Both the position numbers and the translations under genes were made by a program. A stretch of 61,395 nucleotides of DNA, filler included, from Dimargaris cristalligena (taxonomy: Eukaryota), in NCBI GenBank assembly GCA_003614675.1. It is 4 parts of 4 records of this genome, joined end to end, with 100 filler letters (N's around TTAATTAATTAA, not from the genome) between each part and the next. Parts side by side here need not be neighbours in the genome. Positions count along the whole stretch, not along the records: positions 30,766 to 46,031 come from ML002900.1; positions 46,132 to 61,395 come from ML002901.1; 2 more parts are not named here. The stretch is one strand, 5' to 3'. The first letter of the stretch is position 1. Each line of letters starts with the position of its first letter. Shown here piece by piece: positions 36,757 to 48,152 of this stretch. A model generated the notes under the pieces. It did no database searches and was not told the origin of the DNA. It saw nothing but the letters and a program-made list of their open reading frames with translations.

Positions 36757-37853
36757 ATGCTGGCCCATTCCGTTTCGCGATTCCCCCTTCGGTCCATTCC
36801 AGGTACGCAGCGGATATACACCTCATTCTGCCCCAAGGCCGGTTGGCAGCTGATCCTCCCAATACCTAGGAAGATCACCGCACTTATTACTCCTTAGGCC
36901 CCCGGTGGCCAAGTCGTGTTCGCCAATGGCCCTTCCTAATCAGTACCCACTATACCCGAATTAACTCACTACTCTACCAATTATAGTTGGATGGTCCGCC
37001 TTAAGAAGGTCCGCCATGGCCGGCTGGGAAAACAACCGCTGGTTTTCATTGGCCTCTGGTAGGTTTTTGCTCTATATTTATTACCATTCCTCCACCACAC
37101 AATCACCCGCATATTGATATCATCCGGAATCAAATACTATAAGCGTCCGCTTGACAGATAGTACCATCAATCACATTTCCAAACTCACACCTTGCCAACT
37201 GCCACTGCTCCGTATCTGTCCTGGAATCAGGTGTGAGTCGGGGATATCCAGCCCTTGCTACCAACAGTCGCACCCCTCTGCAGAAGCCTATGCAAATGGC
37301 CTGTTTTGCTTCGGCGACCTCCCCACCACCTTCTGGCCAAAGCCCTTCTACTTCCCAAACCCAGGCTGATAGCAGCCTCGCGGCCGGTGCCGAAGCCTTT
37401 CAAGCCGGCAATCTCACCGACGCTCTAGTCCACTTCCAAGCCTCCGTGGACGCCTCCCCCTCGTCCGCCGCCTACTACAACATCGGTGTCTGCCACTACC
37501 AACTGCAACAGTTCCCCGAGGCCGCTACCGCCTGGGACCATTCGCTCGAACTAGACCCCCACCGCGCCGACGTGCACCTGAACCTCGCCAGTGTGGCGTT
37601 TATGCACCTCAAAGATACCCCCCGGGCTTTGGAGCATTTGGCCGCTGCGAGTCGGATGGATCCCCAAGATGGGGAGATTTTCTACAACTACGGGTGTATT
37701 CTGGAATCAACGGGGCAATTGGCGCAAGCTATTGAGAAATATCAGCAGGCGGTGGATTTGGGGATCGAGCGAGCTAAAGTTAATTTGCGGAACGCGATGG
37801 CCCGGGCTATGCAACAAAAAGCGGCGGATTCGAATAAGCAGCAGTCGGAGTAG
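36757..37853 (+). CDS. Mitochondrially targeted TPR-repeat protein; exons 36757-36802, 36987-37058, 37231-37853
   Basis: About 4 TPRs (AYYNIGVCHYQL, VHLNLASV, IFYNYGCILES). Phase-1 introns GTACGC..TAG and GTAGGT..CAG give an Arg/Ser-rich N-terminus MLAHSVSRFPLRSIPVGWSALRRS. The 5' exon model is inferred. Confidence 0.78.
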
Positions 37854-39224
37854 GCGTAGTGATATTTGAACTAGCCCGGCATTATTACCGACATGCCTTG
37901 TTCTTTTGGTATAAAGGAGTATTTTTAGTCTTGGTTTAGAATTAAATATAGAATTTTAGGTTATTTATTGAGATTGTTACCACGCCGCCAACTTAAATGA
38001 GATACGATACCTTAGACTAGGTTGTAAGGTAGTTACAATATTAAGATGCATGGTTTCGGGACAATGACCAACATTTGAATGGTTTTTAAGCAGCGCTAGG
38101 AAGGAAATCGCCGCTTATTTTGATTTAGGCCGAACTCAATTTCCTTATTCCTTGAGCGTGGAGTGTCTTTATTTTACTTGTGGGCACTGGTCGAGTTGTA
38201 TCAACCCCAGGTTAAAGTCGATCGCGAAACAAGGAAACTTATACACCGTACCACGGGTTCTAGAGGGCGACAACTCTTGTTGTGGTTATTTACAATGGAT
38301 AGTTACGGCCAGACCTGTGTCGCTAGGGCAATGGCCAATGCAAGGCACCAGTAATTTCGGACATTACTTGGCTGGTGAGCGGTGTTATACCGCAGTGAAC
38401 TCCAATGCTGGATAGGGAAGATGGACAGACTTCTGAAGCGGCGCGACACGATTCTATTTACCAGCCGGGGTCGGGGGAGGATCAAGCTTGTGATATACTA
38501 TGGGTGGTATGGTTAAATGTTATGGGCAAAATACAGCATAGCTGTATAAGAAATGTAATGAAATGAGGATGGTAAAACACAGGGGATTTGTTTAAAAGAA
38601 GTAAAATTAGTCCGTCAGTTAGATTTTTCGTTTGTAGTAGATCCAAAACTGGCTCTTATTTCAAAAGCTAGAGGGCTACCACTAAGTAGCATTTCATCAG
38701 CACAATCTGGCCACAAATCGAAAAAGGTGGTTGCTGGTTGTAGTATAGCTATAGACACCATGCAATGACTATTAAATTGCTAAATGCACACTTATTATAC
38801 AGTTGCATTAGGAAGTGTATAATAAAATATCCTGTGGATGATATATGGAACATTAACGATTGCCAGAACTCATTTCAATAAGCCCAATACAAAATGCATA
38901 TACCTAGAAAATACCCCCCTTTACTGGAGTATATTAATCAACCCGGTATTATAGATATTAGTGTGGCCACTTCAACCAGCTAATTCAATAGTTACAATCA
39001 AAACTAGCAAAGGGCCTTATCCTAAGTCTTTCTATTCTTTGCGTATCCACTATGACATTATAATTTCTCTTTATCCTACACTAAATCCGAAACATATACA
39101 TGCATATTTATTATTAAAAAGTCCATCAAACAAAATGGCTAATATAAATAGGAGGTATTCTCACATTGAAACATAACTTTATATACAAAATTATAAGGTA
39201 AACTAAACTAAATGTACCGATTTA

Positions 39225-39630
39225 ACCTGCTCATTGGCAGGCACCACCTTGGTTTGTATTAAACGGTGGCTGGTACAATCGGTAAGCCCCTATCTGCGTC
39301 AGACAGGGGCTTGTCCCGTTCTGATGTCGGGTAATCCCTCCCCAGGACAAAAGGGGGATTACCAATAACACCCCCTTGGGGGTGAGTATCTTGTTTTGAC
39401 ACCTGCATTACTGCAGGGCGCGACCTGTATACTGGTGGACAGGTCACTGGGTATTGTAAAAAGGGCCCCGGGACGGCCATTGGGAGGGGAGAAGAAGGGA
39501 GGGGAGGGGGGATATATTCTTTAAAAAAAAAGGAGAAAGAAGAGGGAAGGTGGCAATCATGTTGTTAGGAGGTGGGGATGGTTTGCACATTGGGACATCC
39601 AAGTAATTGAAAAATAATGATTGTATATTT
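39225..39630 (-). ncRNA. Candidate structured ncRNA (tandem hairpin array), copy 1; overlaps the 73-aa ORF 39259-39480
   Basis: Eight adjacent stem-loops at 39225-39447. G-U wobbles and a GUAA tetraloop work on the minus strand only, and there is a compensatory pair versus copy 2. TATAAATA at 39650-39657; the 5' end is an estimate. Confidence 0.6.
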
Positions 39631-39649
39631 GGAAAGGATTTTGGTGCAC

Positions 39650-39657
39650 TATTTATA
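39650..39657 (-). promoter_or_regulatory. TATA box
   Basis: CTGTATAAATAGTGCACCAAA is identical in both duplicate copies (also 44871-44878). Confidence 0.6.
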
Positions 39658-40709
39658 CAGCACTTAGCCGAAGGCTTCATTAGCCAAGTGTGGGATAGGT
39701 TGGCCCCACTTCTCCCACCAAAGTAAACTATATTTCTAGTTCTATTCTATAGGTTTATCAGGGACACAATGGCCTAGTTGCTAATGAGAATTAGGAAAGG
39801 GACGAGGAGTTTTATTCACGCCCACCCATTCCCTTGAACGATTCAGTTTTGTAGCATGGAAGTCAACAATAAGCCATTCGGTGTTAAAACTAGTCACTGG
39901 GGTATAATTATGCACAATGTATTGATGCACCGGTTTAACCCCCTGATTATGACACCAGATTCTGGGATATGACCATAACAGGAGTATCCTGACTGGCGGT
40001 TTTTTATATAATACTTGCTAATTGCGATGAATATTCCGTGAAGCACCCTACAATGTCAGGCCTATTTTCACACGAAGATAACCATCCCAGTGAATAACAT
40101 TAGGCCCCATATTGGAAAAGGCCGTGTGCCTTATTTAGGAAGATGCGTCCCCGTCAGTCACTACAATGCAATGTCGATGGATCCTGTTGCACTTCACTCG
40201 ACTAACTGGTCCGCCGATTAAATGGCCACAGTCTAGCTATAATATGGACAATCCCCAATGCCGTGCTCTTAATAGGAAGAGCGAAGCCTTCCGGCCTTCA
40301 GTAATACATTCTAGCCGTAGATGGTCCGCGAATTGCTGATAATCGCCCTAGTACAATTGTGGTGAATCTTGTAAATTAAGTTACTTTCGTTTATTTATTT
40401 TTAGATTTCGGCACTCATGTTAGTCGGAGAAAGGTATAGTGAAATTGATTGATGCATGGCTCACTGACTGCATCCCACTTTCATGGGCCGAATTATATGC
40501 TGGTATCCTAGACTATTCTTCACGCTATAACGCTGTTGCCATTAATTTTCCAAGTAATACACCAGTTGCTGGGCCGTAGTTATACTTTGGTGGCCTTTTA
40601 TATGTGCATAGTAATACCACCCTCCTTGTTGTTTTTTATGGCTTTGTCCACCTCCTAAAACACGGAGTGCTAAAGGGATGACTGACGCAGAAACTACTCG
40701 TTAAGTAGG

Positions 40710-40990
40710 ATATGGGTAAAATTCCGCCCAGTTAAATATGGGAGAAATTCAACCAGGCTGAATAACGAAAAATCCGTTGGATGAGGTAAATACTACTGAT
40801 TAAAGTTGAATAACTCGCCTATTCTCTTATGCACATACCATGTAGAACCTTATACAGTTGGGTCGAATTTCACCCATATAGTTTTAAATGATATATATAT
40901 GGGAAAATAAACGGGAAATTCATTTCCATCCTGGCATTTTTGCCTCATCCAATAGTGTTTTCGGTATACAACCTCGTAGACTATCTCCTA
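40710..40990 (-). mobile_element. Older MITE copy interrupted by a younger copy of the same family
   Basis: 40710-40739 plus 40880-40990 align to the reverse complement of the reference MITE. Confidence 0.75.
40736..40879 (+). mobile_element. MITE copy nested in opposite orientation
   Basis: ATAT-GGGAGAAATTCAACCAGGCTGAATAA...TTATACAGTTGGGTCGAATTTCACCC-ATAT; absent from the paralogous site near 45940. Confidence 0.85.
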
Positions 40991-43397
40991 AAGCAACTTC
41001 CAAAAGATAAGAGTATGTTGAACCTAAATAGACAATATTAGACTGTACAATAATCGCTTTATATTCATATAATTGGCCATAGTCGACGGGAATTTCAAAC
41101 AATCAAGAGGCAAATAATTTTAATCGGACTTAGTAATAGCTGCCAGTTTAGGTAATGACGCGAACTCGTTAAAATCCAAATATATACAGTGGGGCACAAA
41201 TGGTTTTTTTAAACTGTAGGATCGGGTGTAACTCAGGCATATATCAGCAAAATCCGTGGGGTAGTCGAGTCCACACACACTCAGAAATACTGCCGGCCAA
41301 GATCTGTTTACTGTTGAGAAGAGATCGCGAGAATTGGAGCGGATTAGATTGGGAACAGAGACCACCTGCACAGGTGATATACTTGGGATTTGTTAATATG
41401 ACCGAGTTGCCCTCGGGATTTCTTTGAATCACTGCCTTAAATAGTGGGCTTATTAGTTCCGGTGGGCTTGTTCTGTTGATCAGGAAGGACCTAAGGAAAG
41501 AAGTTGGCGCAGATGAAGCACTTAGGTATTTGAGAGGTAGTCTGCGAACTGCTAACCGGAGTGGTGGCCATAGTGGTAATAGCACAGTAAGTGCCCAGAA
41601 TCAAAATCTTCTTAGGCAATATGAAAGCTATAGTGAGTTGGATGGGATATGATGGAATGGAATGGAAGATCAGGGTATTTTAATAGTCTGGCTATTTAGT
41701 AGAAATACTAATGTGTGTATGTATTGTGCCAGTGGTTTGAGGCCCCTCCCTCCTGGGACTAAGGCTGGGGTTGGGCCCCTTGTCCTCCCCAGGGTCAGCA
41801 GGGTCACTGGACATCAGGTTTGGAGGGTTCAAGGCACCTGGGTGTAACATGGAGAACTCGGGAAATAGTCCTTTAGCTAGGCAGATCAGATCAGAGCTGT
41901 GCTCGGAGGTTGAACTGGGGTATGGTGCAAAATGTTCCACACAAAATGGTCCTACACTCCCGTCATTAGAGTTAGGTGCTGGAGGAGCCATGGTGGTTAC
42001 ATGCTGAAAATAAGATAATGAAATTTAAGAAAACAAAAAATTGACTTCTGGTTGAAGTCCTTGACTGACGCTGGGTAAAACACTGGGTGAAGTTAAAATA
42101 TATATTTATTCTGGATAATAAAAACTTATCTTAAAAGTAACTTGCCATTTTAAAGGCCGGCTGGGGAAACTATATATATGCAAATTAATACTATGAACTT
42201 AGAGCTATACTACTACTTTAGGATGTCGTCCTCGGATGGACTAACAACCATAAAAAACCACGAAGGGAAAAACTGGCTGGGTCTTCAAGTTTGAACACTG
42301 TGAAAAAATAGAAAGAAAATATATATAGAAAATTGAAGACAAGATTGCCCTGGATCCACCGGGGCATTCTTGAAAGTAAGATACAGAAGAAAAGAATATG
42401 GGAAATGGAAGACATCGACATCACTCACTCATCCCTGTGTGAGCACTGTTCACTGCAAAGGCATAACTACGGATCTAGAGTGCGCAGGTGTCATGGGATG
42501 GAGTATAATGACTAATTAGTCTCATGGAAAGGGAAAATCATCCTGACCCTTGGCAGTACATATGAGTTGAATGCGGGGAATGTAGAATGTGATGGTAATA
42601 TTGATAATATTTTTAAAGAGGATGGTTCCCATTTTTTTATATCTAAATTGGCCAACCTTTGGACATGGTGCTCTGCCAATGCTGGGCTATGGCTTTTTGC
42701 TACCTCGGGCGTTTTCTTGGCTATGCCCTATTAATTACTACATCCCTAAGGGAAGATCCACATCCATACCTCCATACCCATATGACTTGCTGATCCTAGT
42801 GTTCTGCTGTCCTATGGGTCCACTTTTAATGCTTTAGTGCTCCTCCAATTTTACGTCATGTAGTTTTCATTTATTTATTCACAGAATAACCTCGGTGATA
42901 GGCTGGCTGCTGGAAATAAATTTCTAGAAAATGGTTAGGGGCTATTCTCAAGCAAACCATCATTGCCTTCAGTTAACTCATTATTAATATCCATGGATAG
43001 GATATTGAGTCATGCAATCCCTTTGTTGATGCTTAAATTGTCCCAATATAGTGTATGTACATAGCACAGATTGTCCTAAATACAATAAATATTTAGTAAA
43101 TAGCAAATCAACCGTATCGCGATAATGGTGGTGGATAATGTTTTGAAGAAATCGTACCCTAATCTACTGTCTTAACCTACACGTAGGCCGTTAGGCGGAC
43201 TGTCAGAAGGGACTTTGTGTGAGGCGATGGTTGTCTTGCCATAGTAAACTTTGGCTGTCTAGGCAATATTGGCCACCCTCTAGCGATTTATGGTCTATCA
43301 CAGGTATTACCTACCCAACCCCTGGCCAGCGTATGTCTAATAATAAGCCCATTTGGTTTACTTTACACTAGCTAATAAAAGAAAACGCTGGTTGAAC

Positions 43398-43539
43398 ATA
43401 TGGGGAGATTTCAACCCAACTATTCAGGGCTTTAACTAATGTGTATAGGCAAATATAAGGCAAATATTTTTTTAACCAGTGATTTTTACCTCATCCAATA
43501 TATTTTTAGTAATATAGTCGCGTTAAACCTCTGAAATAT
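43398..43539 (-). mobile_element. MITE copy (diverged)
   Basis: ATAT-GGGGAGATTTCAACCCAAC...TTTAACCAGTGATTTTTACCTCATCCAAT...-ATAT. Confidence 0.7.
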
Positions 43540-43794
43540 AGATATTCCAGTGTATGCAGGACATTCGAGGTGTTCAGTTGCTTTAAACGATCCAAGGGAT
43601 ACTATTTAGTGAAGTCACCATATAAATGCGTATTTGAATACAGCTGTGAAGGGCTTAATAGGGTAAATTTCTAGCTAAGCGGGAAATTGTACAATGTCCA
43701 ATCAAACTAACCTCACCAATCAAGCCTTCCAATTTACAGCCAGGCCACACCTATTTCTATGCAATACTCACTAATAGGTGTGCCAAATGACCCT

Positions 43795-46031
43795 TAAATT
43801 AATATGGGCAACGTTTATCACAATGGTATAAGATCTGGGATGATATATGGACAGTAAACTGTACCAGATCTTTGCTATATAATAGAACCAATGTGGACCC
43901 TTATTTCAAAATATAGGAAGACACCACCAAGTCATCTTTCATGAACACAGGCCGGTCTCACAAATTGTAAGAGAAACTTCTGGTTGGAGTATAGCTATAA
44001 ACATCACTATATTGTGATAAAAGTGCTAAATACATGTCCATCTTGCAAATGAATTAAGGTATGGATAACTAAATGGTAACTATTTAATATGTGAAACAAT
44101 GACTATTACGAAGTCTGTATATTCATGAAATGTCCAAAATTATCTCCTTGACAGGGGAATACTATCCACATTAGTAGTATGGCTTTCTCAACCAGCCAGT
44201 TCAAAATTTTCCATCGAAACTAACAAAGGGCCTCATCCAAAGACCACATCCTTCACGCAGCCACTATGGCATTATCATTACTATGGAACAGTCTAGATTT
44301 ATTTCCTTAGCATTTCTCTTTATTACATTCTACATCCGAAACATACATATGCCCAATTCCTTATTAATTCATCAAACACTTCGGCCAATATAAATAGGGT
44401 AGACTCCCACATCGAAAAACAATTTTATAAACAAAAATATTATATGTAAAATTAGAAATACACATTTAACCTGCTCATTGGCAGGCACCACCTTGGTTTG
44501 TATTAAACGGTGGCTGGTACAATTGGTAAGCCCCTATCTGCATCAGACAGGGGCTTGTCCCGTTCTGTTGTCGGGTAATCCCTCCCCAGGACAAAAGGGA
44601 GATTACCAATAACACCCTCTTGGGGGTGGATAGAATGTTTTATATCCTGTATTACTACAGGAAGCGACCTGTATACTGGTGGACAGGTCACTAGTTGAAA
44701 AAATGGCCTAAGGGCGGTCATTGGGAGGGGAGGGGGAGATATTTTTTAAAAAATTGAAAAATAGTGAATGTGGCAATTGTGTGGTTAGGAGGTGGGGATG
44801 GTTTGCACGTTGGGACATCCGAGTAATTGAAAAATGATGAGGGTAAATTTTGGAAAGGACTTTGGTGCACTATTTATACAGCACTTAACCAAAGGTTTCA
44901 TTAGCCAAGTGTGGGATAGGTTGGCCCCACTACCACCACCAAAGTAATCTACAGTTCTAGTTCTATTCTATAGGTTTATCAGGGACACAATGGCCTAGTT
45001 GCTAATGAGAATTAGGAAAGGGACGAGGAGTTTTATTCACGCCCACCCATTCCCTTGAACGATTCAGTTTTGTAGCATGAAAGCCAACGATAAGCCATTT
45101 GGTGTTAAAACTAGTTGTTGGAGTATAATGAGGCACAATGTATCGATACTATGACTTAATCCCCTACTTATATCACCCGATCATGGGATATACCCATAGC
45201 CGGGGCTTCCTGACTGGCGGTTTTTTATATAATACTTGCTAATTGCGATGAATATTCCGTGAAGCACCCTACAATGTCAGGCCTATTTTCACACGAAGAT
45301 AACCATCCCAGTGAATAACATTAGGCCCCATATTGGAAAAGGCCGTGTGCCTTATTTAGGAAGATGCGTCCCCGTCAGTCACTACAATGTAATGGTGATG
45401 GATCCTGTTGCACTTCACTCGACTAATTGGTCCGCCGATTAAATGGCCACAGTCTAGCTATAACATGGACAATTCCCAATGTTGTGCTCCTAATAGGAAG
45501 AGCGAAGCCTTCCGGCCTTCAGTAATATATTCTAGCCGTAGATGGTCCGGGCATCGCTGATAATCGCCCTAGTGCGATTATAGTAGATTGATTTCCTATA
45601 TTTTTTTTTTGGATTTTGGCATCCGTGGTAGTTGGGGTAGGGTGTGATGAACCAGAATAGTGCACGGCCCAGCAACTATATTATCTTTTCGTGGGTTGAA
45701 GGATACACTGGTATCTTGGACTAGTCTTCGCACTATACCATTGTTGCCACGATTTTTCCGAATTATACTACCACTGCTGGGCCGCAGTTTTATTTTGGCG
45801 GCTGTGTTTTCTCGAACATGAATATCCCCCCTATTATACGTAATTGCCTTGTCTATCTCCTAGGCCGCGGAGCGCTAGCACGACAGATGGTTAGGCAACA
45901 GTAGGTCATATAGGATATATGTGATATCCAGCTCACCTGGACATGTTTTTAATGATATAGGTATGGGAAATAACCGGGATACCCATTTTCAGCCAGGAAT
46001 GTTTGTCTCATCCATTGTATTATTATTTTTT
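43795..46031. repeat. Segmental direct duplication, copy 2 (ends at a gap); includes an uninterrupted old MITE at 45915-46031
   Basis: Colinear with 38515-40990. Confidence 0.93.
44469..44850 (-). ncRNA. Candidate structured ncRNA (tandem hairpin array), copy 2; overlaps the 72-aa ORF 44503-44721
   Basis: The same eight stems are present at 44469-44691, e.g. TCCTGTA-GTAA-TACAGGA versus CCTGCA-GTAA-TGCAGG in copy 1. Confidence 0.6.
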
Positions 46032-46131
46032 NNNNNNNNNNNNNNNNNNNNNNNNNNNNNNNNNNNNNNNNNNNNTTAATTAATTAANNNNNNNNNNNNN
46101 NNNNNNNNNNNNNNNNNNNNNNNNNNNNNNN
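46032..46131. other. Assembly spacer
   Basis: 44N-TTAATTAATTAA-44N. Confidence 0.97.
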
Positions 46132-47006
46132 TATTTGATTGTGATGAAGCAGGTCGGCCTGTCCAAGGGAATCAAGAAGCTCGTAGGCAAAGAGGTTCCT
46201 GCTCTTGGCAATATGATGGATATTAGTGAATACGTGTTGCGGTAAGTCATACCCTTTTATTGGATTGGGCCATTTATTTGCTGTACTTTGTTATTAGACC
46301 CTTGAAAAAGCAACCCGTACCTAGTCTAGTTTTTCTAACCCACTTATCATCATTATTATCCATTTATTTATTTTTGAACATAATCGTGCTGCTTCAACCT
46401 TCTCTGGCCCTTAGTGAATCGTTCGCCTCCGAAAGCGATGTCGAAGACACCAATGAGGGAACCGTTACCGTGCCTGCGGGTGGTCGAGGCCGCCACAGCC
46501 GCAAGGCCGAGCAGCGCTCGATTCGGCTGATTGAAATCGGCCCCCGGCTCGAGCTGCAGCTCTTCAAGATCGAAAACGGCATGTGCGACGGGGAAGTCAT
46601 TTTCCATCGGCTCATCAAGAAGACCCCCGAAGAAATCCAGCTGCAGAAACTGGAGCGTGAGCGCCGCAAGTCCGAAGCGGCCCTCCGCCGGTCCGTGCAG
46701 GAAAGAAATATCCGCAAGAAGGAGGCCGTCGCCGAGGAACATCGTCAGAAGACCCGGGAGGGTGGTTTGGCCGGTATGCGCAAGAAACGGGCCCTGGAGC
46801 AAGAGACCCTGGATGAGGAAAATCGACCATTGGTCGAGAAAATCCCGGTGGGTAATGGTGACGACGACGACGATGATGATGATGATGATGATGATGAAGA
46901 TGGTGCTGATAATGATGGGAATGCCGGCGCAGAAGACGGGTCTGACAACGATGACCAGGACGACGACTGGGACCGTGTGGATGATATCGAAGAGGGTGAT
47001 GATTAG
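46132..47006 (+). CDS. SSF1: Ssf1/Peter Pan Brix-domain ribosome biogenesis factor, 5'-truncated by the gap; exons <46132-46241 and 46415-47006
   Basis: VGLSKGIKKL...DISEYVLR-ESFASESDVED, QRSIRLIEIGPRLELQLFKIENGMCDGEVIFH, and an acidic tail with a (GAT)n repeat; GTAAGT..TAG intron. Confidence 0.9.
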
Positions 47007-47490
47007 TCATCCTGGCATCTGGCTGGGATAATTGCCCTTTATTTTACTATAATAAAACATGGCTTATACCCGTGATTATTCCGTAGCTATTCGGCCCTTT
47101 TTGTTTCAGAACGGTTGCAGTATTTGACTAACTAACTAAGCGCGTTTTCCTAGAATTCCATTAGTTAATGGCCGTGTGCTTATGTTGAACAGGTGGGAAA
47201 GCGGCATAATCCGTGTCACCACTGGGGACAGTATAAAAAGTGGGACAACCCTCAAGGGTGAAATGGCGTGGGGAACCCTTCGTACTTTGGATGCAGCTGA
47301 CGATGGTCTCCGATAGGAATATTAGAGCCAGTTAGGTTACCGCCAGTCTCCCTTTTATTATTGTCGTTGAAAGGTACAAATAGGTGAAAACCCGGGTTGA
47401 TTAGGCAGGCATTGTAGGCTTAAAATAAATGGCCCGCCTAATCGCCTGTCTTCATGAATCAACCAAATCCTTCAACAGCGGTTTTATGTC

Positions 47491-47657
47491 ATTATACAGG
47501 CTGAATGAACTTCTCCCATATGTAGTCTAATGCAGGTGTACAATGAAAAATCCATTGGATGAGACCAATATTACTGGTTAAGGACAATTCTGCCACATAT
47601 TCACCCATACATGTATTATGTAAAATTTTATACAGCTGGTTTGAATTTCATCCATAT
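47491..47657 (+). mobile_element. MITE copy (47518-47657) abutting an inverted left-TIR fragment (47491-47520)
   Basis: AATGAAAAATCCATTGGATGAGACCAATATTACTGGTTAA...TTATACAGCTGGTTTGAATTTCATCCATAT, preceded by TTATACAGGCTGAATGAACTTCTCCCATA. Confidence 0.85.
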
Positions 47658-47792
47658 ATTCTTTACCCACACTTGGCCATTGGGGATGCTGGATTATACA
47701 GGTCTACATGAACAATAGAGAGATAGGGCTATACAACCACTTCATCGTAAAGTGCCCTCTTTTCATCGATATTAGTGTAATTTATTTGGGTT

Positions 47793-48152
47793 TTAAAACG
47801 GGTCAGTAAAAACAATGGCACCCGAGAACATAGGATTTTTTATTACTATGGGCATATGAATAAATTTGAGTGATAGTGGATTCGTTTCGGCTAGTTCTGG
47901 CGTGTTCTCAGTTTTAGTTGTTTTGGTTGAACGCCTTCTGAAAGTTGACCGGGGGAAAGAAGGGTGGTGCCGGCGAGCTAGTGCTAATGATGAAGAGGGA
48001 CTTGAAGACATGGAAGCATTGTTGACTCCTTGGGAAGCAGGGGTGGCCAGATGGGGCAAGGCGGCGGAGAGAACTCCCGGGGCCATATAAATCGCTGTGG
48101 TGGCCACCGCGACTAGAATTGCCAGGTCGGGTAAAATACTGGTAACTTTCAT
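47793..48152 (-). CDS. Small putatively secreted protein (119 aa)
   Basis: MKVTSILPDLAILVAVATTAIYMAPGVLSA signal-like N-terminus and ARR/RRR dibasic sites; no known domain. Confidence 0.55.
   Translation of the reverse strand: MKVTSILPDLAILVAVATTAIYMAPGVLSAALPHLATPASQGVNNASMSSSPSSSLALARRHHPSFPRSTFRRRSTKTTKTENTPELAETNPLSLKFIHMPIVIKNPMFSGAIVFTDPF

Larger units (their letters stand above)
38515..40990. repeat. Segmental direct duplication, copy 1
   Basis: Colinear with 43795-46031 (offset ~5.24 kb); near-identical blocks alternate with clearly diverged blocks. Confidence 0.93.

Noticed and set aside
39225-39447. Hairpin array as a CRISPR array or REP cluster
   Set aside because: The stems differ in sequence and length, there is no repeat-spacer periodicity or cas gene, and the context is eukaryotic.
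41100-43390. Short ORFs between the duplicate copies (41244-41585, 41692-41991, 42333-42515)
   Set aside because: No recognisable domains or consistent frame; probably decayed TE or pseudogene DNA, but not supportable.
38515-46031. The duplication as the two LTRs of one retrotransposon
   Set aside because: No TG...CA termini, PBS or PPT, no gag/pol remnant recognised in 41.0-43.8 kb, and identity is patchy rather than uniform.
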